Assembly: GCA_034530875.2 (NCBI GenBank)
Contig: JAVRCJ020000029.1
Coordinates: forward strand, 29,910-93,909
Direction of reading: 5' to 3'
DNA: 64,000 bases
DNA from: Nostoc sp. DedSLP01
Lineage (GTDB): Bacteria; Cyanobacteriota; Cyanobacteriia; Cyanobacteriales; Nostocaceae
The notes under the pieces were generated by a model, which was not told the DNA's origin, ran no database searches, and worked only from the letters and a program-made list of their open reading frames with translations. Numbering within the stretch: position 1 is the stretch's first letter; every line of letters begins with the position of its first letter. The position numbers and the translations under genes are program-made. Shown in pieces: positions 9,801-20,170 of this stretch.

Positions 9801-11773
9801 GCGTACTGCTCGTAGTCCGGGGACGGGTACTAGGAGCTATGAGTTTAGTATCTTCTGGCAATCGTCGCTACGATGCTCAAAGCTTAATGTTAGCTGAAGA
9901 ATTGGCAAGGCGTGCAGCGATCGCCCTTGATAACGCCCGACTCTACACCCAAACACAGCAATCTCAACTAGCAGCCGAACAAGCCGCATCTCGGACTGCG
10001 CGTTTGCAAGCCATTACCGCCGCCCTTTCTGAATCTATAACTCCGGCACAAGTGGCTGAAGTAATTGTCGAACAAGGTATGGCCGCTTTGGGAGCTAGTT
10101 GTGCTTTAGTAGCGCTACTGATTAACAACGGCACAGAACTAGAAATTATCCGTGCAGTTGGTTACGAACAAGAAGCAGTAGATTCATGGCGTCGATTCTC
10201 GATTAATACAGCCGCACCCCTGGCACAAGCAGTACGAACTAAACAACCTGTTTGGCAAGAGTCAACAGCAGCAAGAGTGGCTCGTTACTCACATTTGGCT
10301 CAAGAATATGCTCAGCATAATTACGGTGCTTGGATTTCGCTGCCATTAACGATTGAGGGACGCGCCATCGGCGGAATGACCCTAGCTTTCGATGAAAATC
10401 AAGAGTTGAGCCAAGATGACCGCGCCTTTATCTTGGCACTAACACAGCAGTGCGCTCAAGCAATGGAACGTGCGCGTTTATACGCAGCCGAGCAGACTGC
10501 AAGAGAAGCAGCAGAAAACGCCAATCGTATTAAAGACGAGTTTTTGGCGGTTCTTTCTCATGAATTGCGATCGCCACTCAATCCAATTCTCGGATGGTCA
10601 AAGTTACTCCAAAGCAGAAAACTTGATGAAAAAACAATTCCTCAAGCCCTGAAGAGTATCGAACGCAATGCCAAATTACAAGCTCAATTAATAGAAGACT
10701 TGCTAGATATTTCCCGAATTTTGCAAGGTAAACTCAGCTTAAATATCGAGCCAGTTGATTTAACATCTGTAATCTCCGCAGCAATGGAAACAGTGCGGCT
10801 ATCAGCAGAAGCCAAATCAATCCAAATGCACATCAGCCTGGAACCAAACCTGGGACAAGTTTTAGGCGACTCCGGCAGATTGCAGCAAGTCGTTTGGAAT
10901 CTGCTTTCCAACGCCGTGAAATTTACGCCAGAAGGTGGACGAGTTGATATTCGACTCGAAGCAGTGGGGAAATGGGGAGCAGGGGAGCAGGGGAAACAAG
11001 GAAGTGTGGGGAGTGTGGGGAGTGTGGGGAGAGAGGGAGGAAAGATTTCTTCCCCATCCTCCCACACCTCCCCGCTTGCCCCTCTGCCTCTTCTGTCCCA
11101 CGCTCAAATCACCGTCAGCGATACAGGCAAAGGCATCGACCCGAATTTTGTGCCATTCGTGTTTGAATATTTTCGTCAAGAAAATAGCAGCACTACCAGA
11201 AAATTTGGTGGATTGGGGTTAGGATTAGCGATCGTGCGTCACTTAGTGGAACTGCATGGCGGCACAGTCCAGGTAGAAAGTCAAGGCGAAAATTGCGGGG
11301 CAACTTTTACTGTGAGACTACCGCTGCTGCAACAGCCATCGGAGAGTAAACTAGACACTGGCGACTTTGAGTCATCCTCAAATTTAAATAATGTGAAAAT
11401 TTTAGTAGTGGATGATGATGCCGATACGCGAGAATTCATTGCCTTTTTGTTAGAGCAATATGGCGCAAATGTGACAGTGGTAGCATCAGCAGATGAAGCA
11501 TTAGCCGCCTTAAGCCAATCACTGCCAGATTTGCTGTTAAGCGATATTGGAATGCCAGAAGTAGATGGGTGTATGTTTATGCGAAAGTTGAGAACGCTAT
11601 CGCCAGAACAGGGAGGACAAATTCCAGCGATCGCACTTACCGCCTATGCTGGAGAAATGAACGCCAAACAAGTACTTGCCGCCGGATTTCACAAGCATAT
11701 CGCCAAACCAGTAGAACCGGCACAATTAATAGAAGCGATCGCTAACTTAATTGAATTGTTTCTTAAAAAATAG
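6839..11773 (+). CDS. Multi-PAS/GAF hybrid histidine kinase (PAS-GAF-PASx4-GAF-GAF-HisKA-HATPase-REC)
   Basis: GAGGAG SD before GTG; PAS/PAC motifs (DITERKQ), H box LSHELRSPL, N box NLLSNAVKFT, G boxes, REC (VVDDD, LLLSDIGMP). Confidence 0.95.
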   Translation: MTAEIQAIIPENVEEILAHLSDAFFILDREWRYTYVNEKLVQLAQMKKEDFLGKRIWDLFPNTVNTILYTELHRAVAEQIRVNFEYLDPTWHCWLENRVYPEENSVSILITDITEEKRNQQLLLAHHKVTQILAESTNFANAIPRLIQSLCETLGWQVGIFWSVDQENNVLHRLSSWHSSDLNVENSRVFNQPATLALGEGLAGQAWANGQPVWICKLDRDENFFPAAIELPIAVGNKILGAMEFFTNEILLPDLDLLQKMSAIATQIGQFIEQQRIKSLLQATQETSRRILAGGNVEIFHQDFVLANNLTDDFNTQEVMGLQQCLTEQQTVLRHRHLVEENLRYSEARYHSLAQASASIIWRTAPWGNVVDEIPNWQTFTGQTLEEYKGWGWVNALHPEDRTSVVAIWRQAFYGRKVAFAEYRVRRHDGEYRYMAIRSVPILNETEEIIEWVGMCVDITERKQAESEREQLLTLIKTEQNRLLEVNVLLDTIFNNAPIGIGVWDEKLRYVRLNQALAEINGLSQEAHIGKTVAELLPGIHAEVTEAFRHVVETGESISQETSGETPAAPGKQRYWSVNYYPIHLPGNITWVGAICEEITERKQAEAEREELLQREYLARVEAENAKEQITTILQSIADGFLAFDTEWRFTYLNHEGSRTLGRSREDLLGKNLWQEFPELADTSFGQLYQSAVALGVPLELEDYYPPFNAWFAVRAYPSSTGLSLYFRNINVRKRAEAALTESEARFRLLAENSTDIISRTTVDGIFLYLSPACYTVLGYQPEELVGRDGGELVHPEDLAEISQNYPINADLPDIYTITYRTCHKHGHYIWLETTVRAIRDRQTQEILEMQASSRDITERKQVEDKQRFLAGASEILAASLDYETTLATLARLAVPTIADWCVVDMIGEDKSIHRVAIAHADPAKQELIEQLQNYPPDLSQTQGVAEVIRSGKSLIINFVSQEQIQAVTSNPIHLKILQQLNPQSGMCVLLVVRGRVLGAMSLVSSGNRRYDAQSLMLAEELARRAAIALDNARLYTQTQQSQLAAEQAASRTARLQAITAALSESITPAQVAEVIVEQGMAALGASCALVALLINNGTELEIIRAVGYEQEAVDSWRRFSINTAAPLAQAVRTKQPVWQESTAARVARYSHLAQEYAQHNYGAWISLPLTIEGRAIGGMTLAFDENQELSQDDRAFILALTQQCAQAMERARLYAAEQTAREAAENANRIKDEFLAVLSHELRSPLNPILGWSKLLQSRKLDEKTIPQALKSIERNAKLQAQLIEDLLDISRILQGKLSLNIEPVDLTSVISAAMETVRLSAEAKSIQMHISLEPNLGQVLGDSGRLQQVVWNLLSNAVKFTPEGGRVDIRLEAVGKWGAGEQGKQGSVGSVGSVGREGGKISSPSSHTSPLAPLPLLSHAQITVSDTGKGIDPNFVPFVFEYFRQENSSTTRKFGGLGLGLAIVRHLVELHGGTVQVESQGENCGATFTVRLPLLQQPSESKLDTGDFESSSNLNNVKILVVDDDADTREFIAFLLEQYGANVTVVASADEALAALSQSLPDLLLSDIGMPEVDGCMFMRKLRTLSPEQGGQIPAIALTAYAGEMNAKQVLAAGFHKHIAKPVEPAQLIEAIANLIELFLKK

Positions 11774-13244
11774 GAATTTCTATAGTAAACTCTGTTCCTT
11801 GTGACGGCAAAGAAATACAGTGTAATTGACCGCCATGCTTTTCTGCCACAATTTGCTGACTTATTGATAATCCCATACCAGTGCCTTTACCTACAGGTTT
11901 GGTGGTGAAAAAAGAGTTAAAAATTTTAGAGCGAACATTCTCTGTCATTCCAACACCATTATCAGCAATTGATATCCTGATGTAATCGTTTTCAAATGTT
12001 TCTGTATGAATTGAAATTTGCGGCGGACGAGTGAGAAAATCTTTAGCGCTACCAACCTCTTCCACAGCATCAATGGCATTAGCCAATAGATTCATAAAAA
12101 CTTGATTTAGCTGACCAGCATAACATTTTACTAACGGCAATTCACCGTATTTCTTAATCACCTCAATGGCTGGACGTTCCGAGTTAGCTTTTAATCGATG
12201 CTGCAATATCATTAATGTACTATCAATGCCTTCATGAATATCATAAGGCTTCTTCTCCGTATCATCTAAACGAGAGAATTTCCTTAAAGATAAAACAATC
12301 TGGCGAATGCGATCGGCTCCTACTTGCATTGAAGAAAGCAACTTTGGCAAATCGGAAATTAAAAACGGTAAGTCTATCTCTTCAATTTGATTGGTAATTT
12401 CTGGTGCAGGATTTGGATAGTGTAATTCGTAAAGTTCTAGTAATTGAATTAATTGCTGAATATATTCCTGCGTCGGTAAGAGATTCCCATAAAGAAAATT
12501 CACCGGATTATTAATTTCATGAGCTATACCTGCAACCAGTTGTCCTAAACTAGACATTTTTTCACTTTGTACTAACTGCAATTGAGTATTTTGTAGAGCT
12601 TTTAGAGAATTTTCTAAATCAATTGCTTTTTCTCTTTCTCTTTGTTCGCTATCACGCAGTGCAACTTCTATTCTTTGACATCGCTCGATTTCTGACTGCA
12701 ATTTTTGACTTAAAGAATAACTCCTTAAAGCCGTTAACATCGTAGCGTATAACTTTTGGCTCGTTAATTCAGTTTTGGTTTTATAATCATTAATATCATA
12801 ATTAAAAATAATTTCCTTTTCTGGTACGTGGCCTGGTTGTCCAGTACGTAAAATAATTCGTACTAATTGATTGCCTAATACTTCCCGAGCATATTTGACA
12901 AATTCTAGTCCCGCATTATCTGTTTCCATAATTACATCTAAGAGAATTATGGCGATATCCGAATTTTCTGCAAATATCTGTTTAGCTTGGCTAGCTGAGT
13001 AAGCATTCAAAAAAGCTAAAGATTTTTGTTCAAAAATAAAGTTAGTCAGTGCAATATTAGTAGCAGTATGAACTTCAGATTCATCATCTACAATTAAAAT
13101 TTTCCAGCTTTCAGCAGGTAATTCTTCATCTATCTCAGCAGCAAATACTAACTCGTCATTTAAATGAGTCAAATTTTCAGTCTCTGATGCAGCCAAATCA
13201 CAAAATAAGTTTTTTTCAATAAAGTTGAAATTGTTTTGTAACAT
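11763..13244 (-). CDS. REC-HisKA-HATPase response regulator/kinase
   Basis: ILIVDDE, ILLDVIME, AHEINNP, NLLANAIDA, FFTTKPVGKGTGMGL; its end overlaps the convergent kinase by 11 bp. Confidence 0.9.
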   Translation of the reverse strand: MLQNNFNFIEKNLFCDLAASETENLTHLNDELVFAAEIDEELPAESWKILIVDDESEVHTATNIALTNFIFEQKSLAFLNAYSASQAKQIFAENSDIAIILLDVIMETDNAGLEFVKYAREVLGNQLVRIILRTGQPGHVPEKEIIFNYDINDYKTKTELTSQKLYATMLTALRSYSLSQKLQSEIERCQRIEVALRDSEQREREKAIDLENSLKALQNTQLQLVQSEKMSSLGQLVAGIAHEINNPVNFLYGNLLPTQEYIQQLIQLLELYELHYPNPAPEITNQIEEIDLPFLISDLPKLLSSMQVGADRIRQIVLSLRKFSRLDDTEKKPYDIHEGIDSTLMILQHRLKANSERPAIEVIKKYGELPLVKCYAGQLNQVFMNLLANAIDAVEEVGSAKDFLTRPPQISIHTETFENDYIRISIADNGVGMTENVRSKIFNSFFTTKPVGKGTGMGLSISQQIVAEKHGGQLHCISLPSQGTEFTIEIPIF

Positions 13245-13296
13245 AAAGTTCGTATCCTATAAAAATTAATGACAGTTATTTATTGATTTAATTGCT

Positions 13297-13327
13297 TGGA
13301 AGGAGTTTAATATTAATTCTCCTTCCA
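13297..13327. terminator. Intergenic hairpin
   Basis: TGGAAGGAG ... CTCCTTCCA, 9-bp arms. Confidence 0.4.
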
Positions 13328-13355
13328 CAAATAGTTTATAAATTAAATATAATTT

Positions 13356-16300
13356 CTATAAACGCATAGGAAATTTAATCATAAACTTGCTTCCTTTGCC
13401 CAACTCACTTTCGCACTCAATTTCGCCTTTAAGCTTTTGGGTAACTAAGTTATAAACAAGATTTAACCCTAATCCGCTGCCTCCTTGACTGCGTTTGGTA
13501 GTAAAGAAAGGGTCAAAAATCTTAGTTAAATTTTCCGCAGCAATACCTTTACCATCATCGGCATATTCTATATGTAGTTGTTGGTCAATTTGTTGGAATT
13601 TAAAAATCAGTTTTCCAGAATCTTCAGGTTCGTAAGCATGAGTTAAAGAATTCATCAGCAAATTAGTAACAATTTGTGACAGCGCCCCAGGATAAGAGTC
13701 TAAAGTAATATTATCTTCTCCATAAATTTCAATTTTATGTTTACTTGTTTTTAATTTCGGTCTCAATTGTATTAAAATCTCATTGAGATAATTTTTAAAA
13801 TTAAACACGCGTTGCACCTCGCTAGACTGATCTACCGCTACTTGTTTAAAGCTTTGAATTAATTCTGCTGCTCGATTTAAGTTAATTAAAAGCGTATTCC
13901 CGCTTTGTACAGTTAAATCGAAAAACTTTTCTAAGTCAGAGCGTTTCATCGCCCCACTCTGATATTTAGAACAGAACTCTGAAGTATGTTCTACTAAAGC
14001 GGAAGCAACAGTAACACCAATTCCTACCGGGGTATTAATTTCATGAGCAACTCCAGCAACTAATCCTCCTAGCGATGCCATTTTTTCAGCTTCTACAAGC
14101 TTACTTTGCGTTGCTTTTAAATTAATCAACGTTTCCGATAATTCTTGAGTACGTTTAGTGACTAGTTCTTCTAAGTTTTGATTGAACTCTTGCAAATTTT
14201 TGTAGAGTTGAGCATTTTCAATGGCAATGGCAATTTGACCGGATAATATTCTTAAAATCTCTAGTCTATCTGTAGTAAATGCTCCTTCAGTCAGATTATT
14301 TTCTAAATAAAGAATTCCAGCAATTTTCCCTTGATAAACTAAAGGCGTGCAAAGAATAGATTTAGGTTGAGTAGCTACAATATAAGAGTCAGAAATAAAC
14401 TGTCCCTCGTGAGTAGCATTGTTTAAAACTACATTTTCTTGAGTGTGAATTACATAGTTAATAATAGCATCTGAAAGTTTTAGTTTTTCTTGAGAATCTG
14501 TTTTTAAACTGACAGGAATTGATTGCAGTACAGTGACATCATCGCTAATTACTGTACCTTCAGCTTCAATGAGCCAATTACCTTGTTTTTCTAAAATTAA
14601 ACAACCTCTTTGAGCGCCAGCATTTTCAATCACTATTCTCATTAATCTAGCCAGTAAATTGCTCAAAACTATTTCACCAGAAATAGCTTGTGCCGCTTTC
14701 ATAACTGTAGCTAAATCTAGGGTGACTCCCATACTAGTAGTAGTAGAAGCAGTTGTAAGTTCGATATCTTTAATTTTTGTAGTTGTCTTGGCTACTTCTT
14801 TAAGCAACAACTTCGGATATTTTGTTTCTAAATCTTTGACTTTACCGAAAGCTCCCCAAAGCCGATAGCTGTAGTGAGCTTTTATGATATAACTTTTGGC
14901 AAAGTCTTCTTTATTTTTTGATAACCAAAATTTAGCTGCAAGTTCATTTGCTAAAGCTTCATCTTGGATAAATTCATGCTCTCTTGCTGAGGCGATCGCT
15001 TTATCATACAATTCCATTGCTTCCAAAATCTTACCAGAAATTCTCGCAATTTCTGCTTCTACTAACAAATACTTGTGCCAGAAATTTTCTGGACATTGTT
15101 CTGCCCATTTTTTGATTTTTGTTTGATTATCTGCTAATACTTGCCGAGATTTTTCTTGCTCAGATTGCGATTGCGAGGGATAAAGTGAAGTGAGAATTAA
15201 TGAAGAATAAAAATAATGATGAGAGCTAGAAATATGTCCCATCAAATAATCAAGTATTTCTCCAGCCGAACTTGACCATTTTTGTGCCTCCTGATACTGC
15301 TCGTAACTATAAAGAACCTGGGATTTCAAAACATGGTATTCGCAAATGGCTGCCATACTCTTATGTTGATGAAACATTTCTAGATATTGAGAATCTCGTA
15401 ATTCGTCTGTTTCTCCTATCAAATTTAATACAGCTAATTTGTTAGCCAAAATAATATCAGCAGCCCATTGATTTTGAGTTTTTTCACAGAATAAAATAAA
15501 ATTAGATATTTCTTGTAAAAGAAGCTCCAAATTTAGCCCTTGGAAGAAAAGGGTTATCGTTTGAAACATTCGATTATATCCCGACCATTGCAAATTTCCA
15601 GATTGCAGCCCAATTTTATAACCTTCGTTATTAATATCAACAGTAGTTTTAATATGATTCATCCAACAATTTAAATAGTTGGCAAAAATTACACTATCTT
15701 GACACTTTTGAGCTAAATTATTTGTCAATTCGCTCAATTTCAAAGATAGCAGTCCAAATTCATATCCAGACTGGGAATCTTCTAACATGCAACTCAGCAT
15801 AATGCCGTAGCAAGAGTAACAATAAGAGCCACCAGCCACAAAACCATATTTAAAAGACAGGTTAATTGCTTTAATAACAGTAATTTTCCATAAAGCTTGA
15901 TAAGAGAAAAACGTCAGCGGCCCCATGTGACCTAATACTTTTAATGCCACTTTTTGTTTGGGAGATTTCATTTTCTCTTCATTAATTAATGAAGCAATTT
16001 GTTTCTCTCCTAAATAGGCTTTAGCTTCGGCTATTTCACCAGGAAGTGCTGCTTCTAAATCTTCTACTTTTTCTGGCAAATTAATTCCTAGTAATCCCAG
16101 TGCTTCCCGTCCAGCTTGAATTGCCTCTTCATATTTAGTTAGCAAGGTATACTGGACAATCAGAATATTATAAACTTCCGCTTTTTCAATCGCTGATTGT
16201 GCTTGAGTTAATATTAATCTGATTAATGCCTCAGATTGTTCAAAATTTCCATTTAAATATTCAATTTCTGCTCGTTCTTTATATGTTTTGAAAGTCAAAT

Positions 16301-18671
16301 TATAATTTTGCGTCCATGTATCCGCAGTTAAACAATCCATAGCTGCAATTAAATACTCTCTAGCAGCAGCATAAGCCATTGAGTCTTTAGCTTTTTTACC
16401 TGCAATTAAGTTTAAATCCGCTAATTCAGCCTTTTGACTTAAATCTTTAATTAATTGAACTCCGCTATTAAGATGATTGACAATATCAAATATCTTTTCT
16501 TCAAGTTCGGTAGCAGTAGTATTTTGAAATAAGAGTTGACCAATTTTAAGATGAACTTGTTTTTTATTTTTTTCGAGAATGAGTGCGTAAGCTGCCTGTT
16601 GCACGCGGTCATGTAAAAATCTAAAACTGAAAATTACCAGATGAGCGTTAATTACTTCATCTGGTGTAATTTCTAAGTCAGAAATAGGTAAAATTAATCC
16701 TTCTTGAATTGCTGGTAAAAGGTTTTGAAAAGCTGCTGATACTGATTTTTCGCTAATAATAGAGAGGGTATGTAAATCAAATGTATTGCCCACACAAGCA
16801 GCTAACTGTAAAACTTGCTGTGTTGCTTCAGGGAATTTCCTTAATTTTCCAATCATTAACTCCACAACATTATCAGTAATATCTATTGCTTCAATATTTG
16901 ATATATTCCATTCCCATAAAGCTTTAGTGTTTGCCAATGGAGGTTGAAAAGTCAACAGATCTTCTTGATATAAAGTTTTGAGAAATTGATTGACAAAGAA
17001 AGGATTTCCAGAAGTTTTACGTATGACTAATTCAGCTAAAGGTTGAATGCTAAGAGTGTCACTGTGTAGGGTATCAGTAATTAACTCGTTAACGTGTCTA
17101 AGTGCTAAAGGAACTAAAGTAATATCGTTAATAATAGCTGCTTGAGAACGCAGCGAATCAAGAGTCATTACCAATGCATGTCTAGGATCGACTTCATTAT
17201 CTCGATATGCTCCAATTAAAAACAGATAATGGGTTTCTTCGTCAGTCATCATTACTTCTAGCAACTTTAATGTAGCTAAATCAGCCCACTGTAAATCATC
17301 TAAAAAAATCACTAGAGGATGTTCTAGCGAACAAAACACGCGGATAAAATTTTGGAAAACTAAATTAAAACGATTTTGAGCTTCTGAACCTCCTAGTTCT
17401 TGTACGGGAGGTTGTTTACCAATTACCAGTTCCACTTCAGGTATCACATCAATAATTAGCTGACCATTAGCACCAAGAGCGTTGGAAAGTTTTTGTTGCC
17501 ATTGATTTAGTTTTTCTTGACTTTCAGTTAATAGTTGCCTAACTAATGACTGAAAGGCTTTCACTACAGCTGAGTAAGGAATATTACGTTGAAACTGGTC
17601 AAATTTGCCAGAAATAAAATATCCTTTGGCTTTAGTAATGGGTTTATAAATTTCTTGCACTAATGCTGATTTTCCAATGCCAGAATATCCTGACACTAAA
17701 ATCATTTCTTTTTTGCCAGTACTAATTCGTTCAAAAGCTGCTAGTAGGGTAGCAACTTCTTGTTCTCGACCATAGAGTTTTTGCGGAATTTGAAATTTAC
17801 TCGAAATGTCTTGTTCTGCAAGTTTAAAATCAGCAATATAACCTTGAGTTTGTAATTGTTTTAAGCAAATTTCTAAATCAGCAATAATTCCCCAACTTGT
17901 TTGATATCTTTCTTCCACTGTTTTGGCTAACAGCTTCATCACAATCTCTGAAATGGGTTTAGGTATTGCTGGATTAATTTCATGTGGTGAAACTGCTTGT
18001 TTAGCAATGTGGCAATGGACTAACTCCATTGCATCAGTATGGTTACAGGGTAGTTGTTGTGTTAGTAATTCATAAAAAGTTACGCCAAGTGAATAAAAAT
18101 CCGTGCGATAATCCATTGCTCGGTTCATTCTGCCTGTTTGTTCTGGCGAAATGTAGGCAATAGTTCCTTCTAAAACATTAGGATTTTTAATCGTGGGATT
18201 TTCATGAGTTAATACAGTTGAAATACCAAAATCTATAATTTTGATTTGAGATGTAGTTGAATTAATAACAATATTGCCAGGGTTAATATCTTTATGAATA
18301 ATATTTTTTTGATGGATTTTGCCTAAGGCTTTAGTAATTGCGATCGCCAACAATAAAAATTCTGGTAACATCAATTTTTGATGATTAATTAGAGATTTTA
18401 AAGACTCACCGCCAAAATCCTCTAATATCATTACTAGGCTGTTTTCATATTTTTCTAAACTGTAAACCTTAATAACTCCATCTAAGTCTAAGTTTTTCGT
18501 GATTTCGTATTCTTGCTTATATCTCACTAATGCTGAGGGAGTAGGATAGTCTTGTTTTAAAAATTTGAGAATTACAGGTTGACTATCTTGGTCTCTGTAT
18601 CCTCGATAAACTGAAGAATTATTGCTTTCGTAGATTTGATTAAAAATTGTATAGCCAGGTAAAGTTAACAT
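13356..18671 (-). CDS. Ser/Thr kinase - AAA ATPase - GAF - His kinase (HstK/Pkn41-type)
   Basis: HKDINPGN and DFG kinase motifs, Walker A GYSGIGKS, Walker B IFLDDLQW, FLHDRVQQAAY, GAF, AHEINTP, GGSGLGL. Confidence 0.95.
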   Translation of the reverse strand: MLTLPGYTIFNQIYESNNSSVYRGYRDQDSQPVILKFLKQDYPTPSALVRYKQEYEITKNLDLDGVIKVYSLEKYENSLVMILEDFGGESLKSLINHQKLMLPEFLLLAIAITKALGKIHQKNIIHKDINPGNIVINSTTSQIKIIDFGISTVLTHENPTIKNPNVLEGTIAYISPEQTGRMNRAMDYRTDFYSLGVTFYELLTQQLPCNHTDAMELVHCHIAKQAVSPHEINPAIPKPISEIVMKLLAKTVEERYQTSWGIIADLEICLKQLQTQGYIADFKLAEQDISSKFQIPQKLYGREQEVATLLAAFERISTGKKEMILVSGYSGIGKSALVQEIYKPITKAKGYFISGKFDQFQRNIPYSAVVKAFQSLVRQLLTESQEKLNQWQQKLSNALGANGQLIIDVIPEVELVIGKQPPVQELGGSEAQNRFNLVFQNFIRVFCSLEHPLVIFLDDLQWADLATLKLLEVMMTDEETHYLFLIGAYRDNEVDPRHALVMTLDSLRSQAAIINDITLVPLALRHVNELITDTLHSDTLSIQPLAELVIRKTSGNPFFVNQFLKTLYQEDLLTFQPPLANTKALWEWNISNIEAIDITDNVVELMIGKLRKFPEATQQVLQLAACVGNTFDLHTLSIISEKSVSAAFQNLLPAIQEGLILPISDLEITPDEVINAHLVIFSFRFLHDRVQQAAYALILEKNKKQVHLKIGQLLFQNTTATELEEKIFDIVNHLNSGVQLIKDLSQKAELADLNLIAGKKAKDSMAYAAAREYLIAAMDCLTADTWTQNYNLTFKTYKERAEIEYLNGNFEQSEALIRLILTQAQSAIEKAEVYNILIVQYTLLTKYEEAIQAGREALGLLGINLPEKVEDLEAALPGEIAEAKAYLGEKQIASLINEEKMKSPKQKVALKVLGHMGPLTFFSYQALWKITVIKAINLSFKYGFVAGGSYCYSCYGIMLSCMLEDSQSGYEFGLLSLKLSELTNNLAQKCQDSVIFANYLNCWMNHIKTTVDINNEGYKIGLQSGNLQWSGYNRMFQTITLFFQGLNLELLLQEISNFILFCEKTQNQWAADIILANKLAVLNLIGETDELRDSQYLEMFHQHKSMAAICEYHVLKSQVLYSYEQYQEAQKWSSSAGEILDYLMGHISSSHHYFYSSLILTSLYPSQSQSEQEKSRQVLADNQTKIKKWAEQCPENFWHKYLLVEAEIARISGKILEAMELYDKAIASAREHEFIQDEALANELAAKFWLSKNKEDFAKSYIIKAHYSYRLWGAFGKVKDLETKYPKLLLKEVAKTTTKIKDIELTTASTTTSMGVTLDLATVMKAAQAISGEIVLSNLLARLMRIVIENAGAQRGCLILEKQGNWLIEAEGTVISDDVTVLQSIPVSLKTDSQEKLKLSDAIINYVIHTQENVVLNNATHEGQFISDSYIVATQPKSILCTPLVYQGKIAGILYLENNLTEGAFTTDRLEILRILSGQIAIAIENAQLYKNLQEFNQNLEELVTKRTQELSETLINLKATQSKLVEAEKMASLGGLVAGVAHEINTPVGIGVTVASALVEHTSEFCSKYQSGAMKRSDLEKFFDLTVQSGNTLLINLNRAAELIQSFKQVAVDQSSEVQRVFNFKNYLNEILIQLRPKLKTSKHKIEIYGEDNITLDSYPGALSQIVTNLLMNSLTHAYEPEDSGKLIFKFQQIDQQLHIEYADDGKGIAAENLTKIFDPFFTTKRSQGGSGLGLNLVYNLVTQKLKGEIECESELGKGSKFMIKFPMRL

Positions 18672-19089
18672 AGTTATCCTAAATTTGCCTAGTTGTTATA
18701 TAGGTACGAAATGGGAAATATTAATTCTTAGCTACAGCAAAAGCTATTAGCGTGGTTCTAACGCCAACAGGATCGACCTAAAATTTTTAGCTAAATTCAG
18801 CCTTACCAATTTGCTGGAGTAAGTCGAGCCAAATTAGCAAAATAAGAAGTCCTTTTGTTCTTTTACTAAAGTGCCCATAAGTTTAAGAAATAATTAAAAT
18901 CTCAACAAAACTAAATATTTAATTAATAAATAACTCTTATGAAATTTTAATAAATGTTAAGAGCAGCGATCTTGGAAAAGCTGTTGCTTGTTTCCATACA
19001 TTCCAAGGAGCTTACAAAAAATAAATTATCCCAAATTATTTGTACATACCTCTGGCGTTTCAAGTAAATAAGGTACAAGAGTAAAATAC

Positions 19090-19135
19090 AAAATTACAGT
19101 AGAGACGTTACATCTAAGGTCTGTACTGTAATTTT
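19090..19135 (-). terminator. Long hairpin with GTAG REP-like core after the GATase gene
   Basis: AAAATTACAGTA-gagacgttacatctaaggtctg-TACTGTAATTTT. Confidence 0.6.
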
Positions 19136-19142
19136 TGATAAT

Positions 19143-19841
19143 TTAGTTCGTCAAAGTAACAAAATACTCTAAAATTTTAGACATTGCAGTGTTTATATTG
19201 CTAAAATCATCATCTTGTGTCAGCATTTCTTCGGGTTTCTGAATATATTTACCTGGAACTAATTCGGAAGCGCAATTTTCTATAATTTGCCGAACACTGT
19301 CTGGGGTTGATTCTAGATGAAATTGCAAGCCTAATACTCTATCTCCATAAATGAAAGCTTGATTCGCACATCCTTGACTATAGGCTAGCCGTACAGCACC
19401 CATAGGTAAATCAAAAGTATCACCATGCCAATGAAACACAGTAAAAGTTGCAGGTAATGAAGCAAAAACCCTAGATTTTTGTGCTTCTGTTGTTATTTCA
19501 ATAGGATACCAACCTATTTCTTTTTCCTGGCCTGGATAAACCTTAGAACCTAAAACATCAGCGATTAACTGCGAACCAAGGCAAATACCAATAACTATTT
19601 TATTTTTTTTAATTGCTTCTGCAATAAAATGTTTTTCCACAGTCAACCAAGGATATTTATCATCTTCGTAAATATTCATTGGCCCGCCCATGATTATTAA
19701 CCAATCTAGGTCATCAACAGATGGTAAAACGTCACCGTTATAAAATTTAGTTACAGAAAGAATATAATTTTTCTTTTTCGCCCACTGTTCAATGCTGGCA
19801 AGCCCTTCAAATTGCACGTGTTGTAAGTAATGAATTCTCAT
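19143..19841 (-). CDS. Type 1 glutamine amidotransferase (GuaA-like stand-alone)
   Basis: MGGPMN, GICLGSQL (catalytic Cys), HWHGDTF, QFHLE; ATG at 19841 preferred. Confidence 0.9.
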   Translation of the reverse strand: MRIHYLQHVQFEGLASIEQWAKKKNYILSVTKFYNGDVLPSVDDLDWLIIMGGPMNIYEDDKYPWLTVEKHFIAEAIKKNKIVIGICLGSQLIADVLGSKVYPGQEKEIGWYPIEITTEAQKSRVFASLPATFTVFHWHGDTFDLPMGAVRLAYSQGCANQAFIYGDRVLGLQFHLESTPDSVRQIIENCASELVPGKYIQKPEEMLTQDDDFSNINTAMSKILEYFVTLTN

Positions 19842-20170
19842 TGCTGACTGCTCCGAATTGAGTTGCAGTGTGATTTTTAACATTAAATCACAAATTGCCA
19901 GGATGCGATCGCCCTTCCTTTACTACATACCACAATTGATATTGTCTAGAGTCAAATAGCAGTAAATGATGGTGCAAATATTTTAATTTTTCTGGTCAAT
20001 TTTCCACTTTTAAATCTCATAAATTTCCAATTATTGATTCTGTCATCAATCCTTTTGGAGATTTTTTTATTTAGAAGTACTTAAATAGATATTTAACGAA
20101 TTATGACAATACTATCTTGAGCAACTTGGAATAAGCGATACACTAAGAAAAATTCCTTGAGGAAACGTTG

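Noticed and set aside
10684..11222. Several overlapping ORFs in other frames
   Set aside because: They arise from the stop-poor repeat insert; the same applies to 37646-38110, 41192-41527, 47860-48219, 49609-49878 and 57359-57679.
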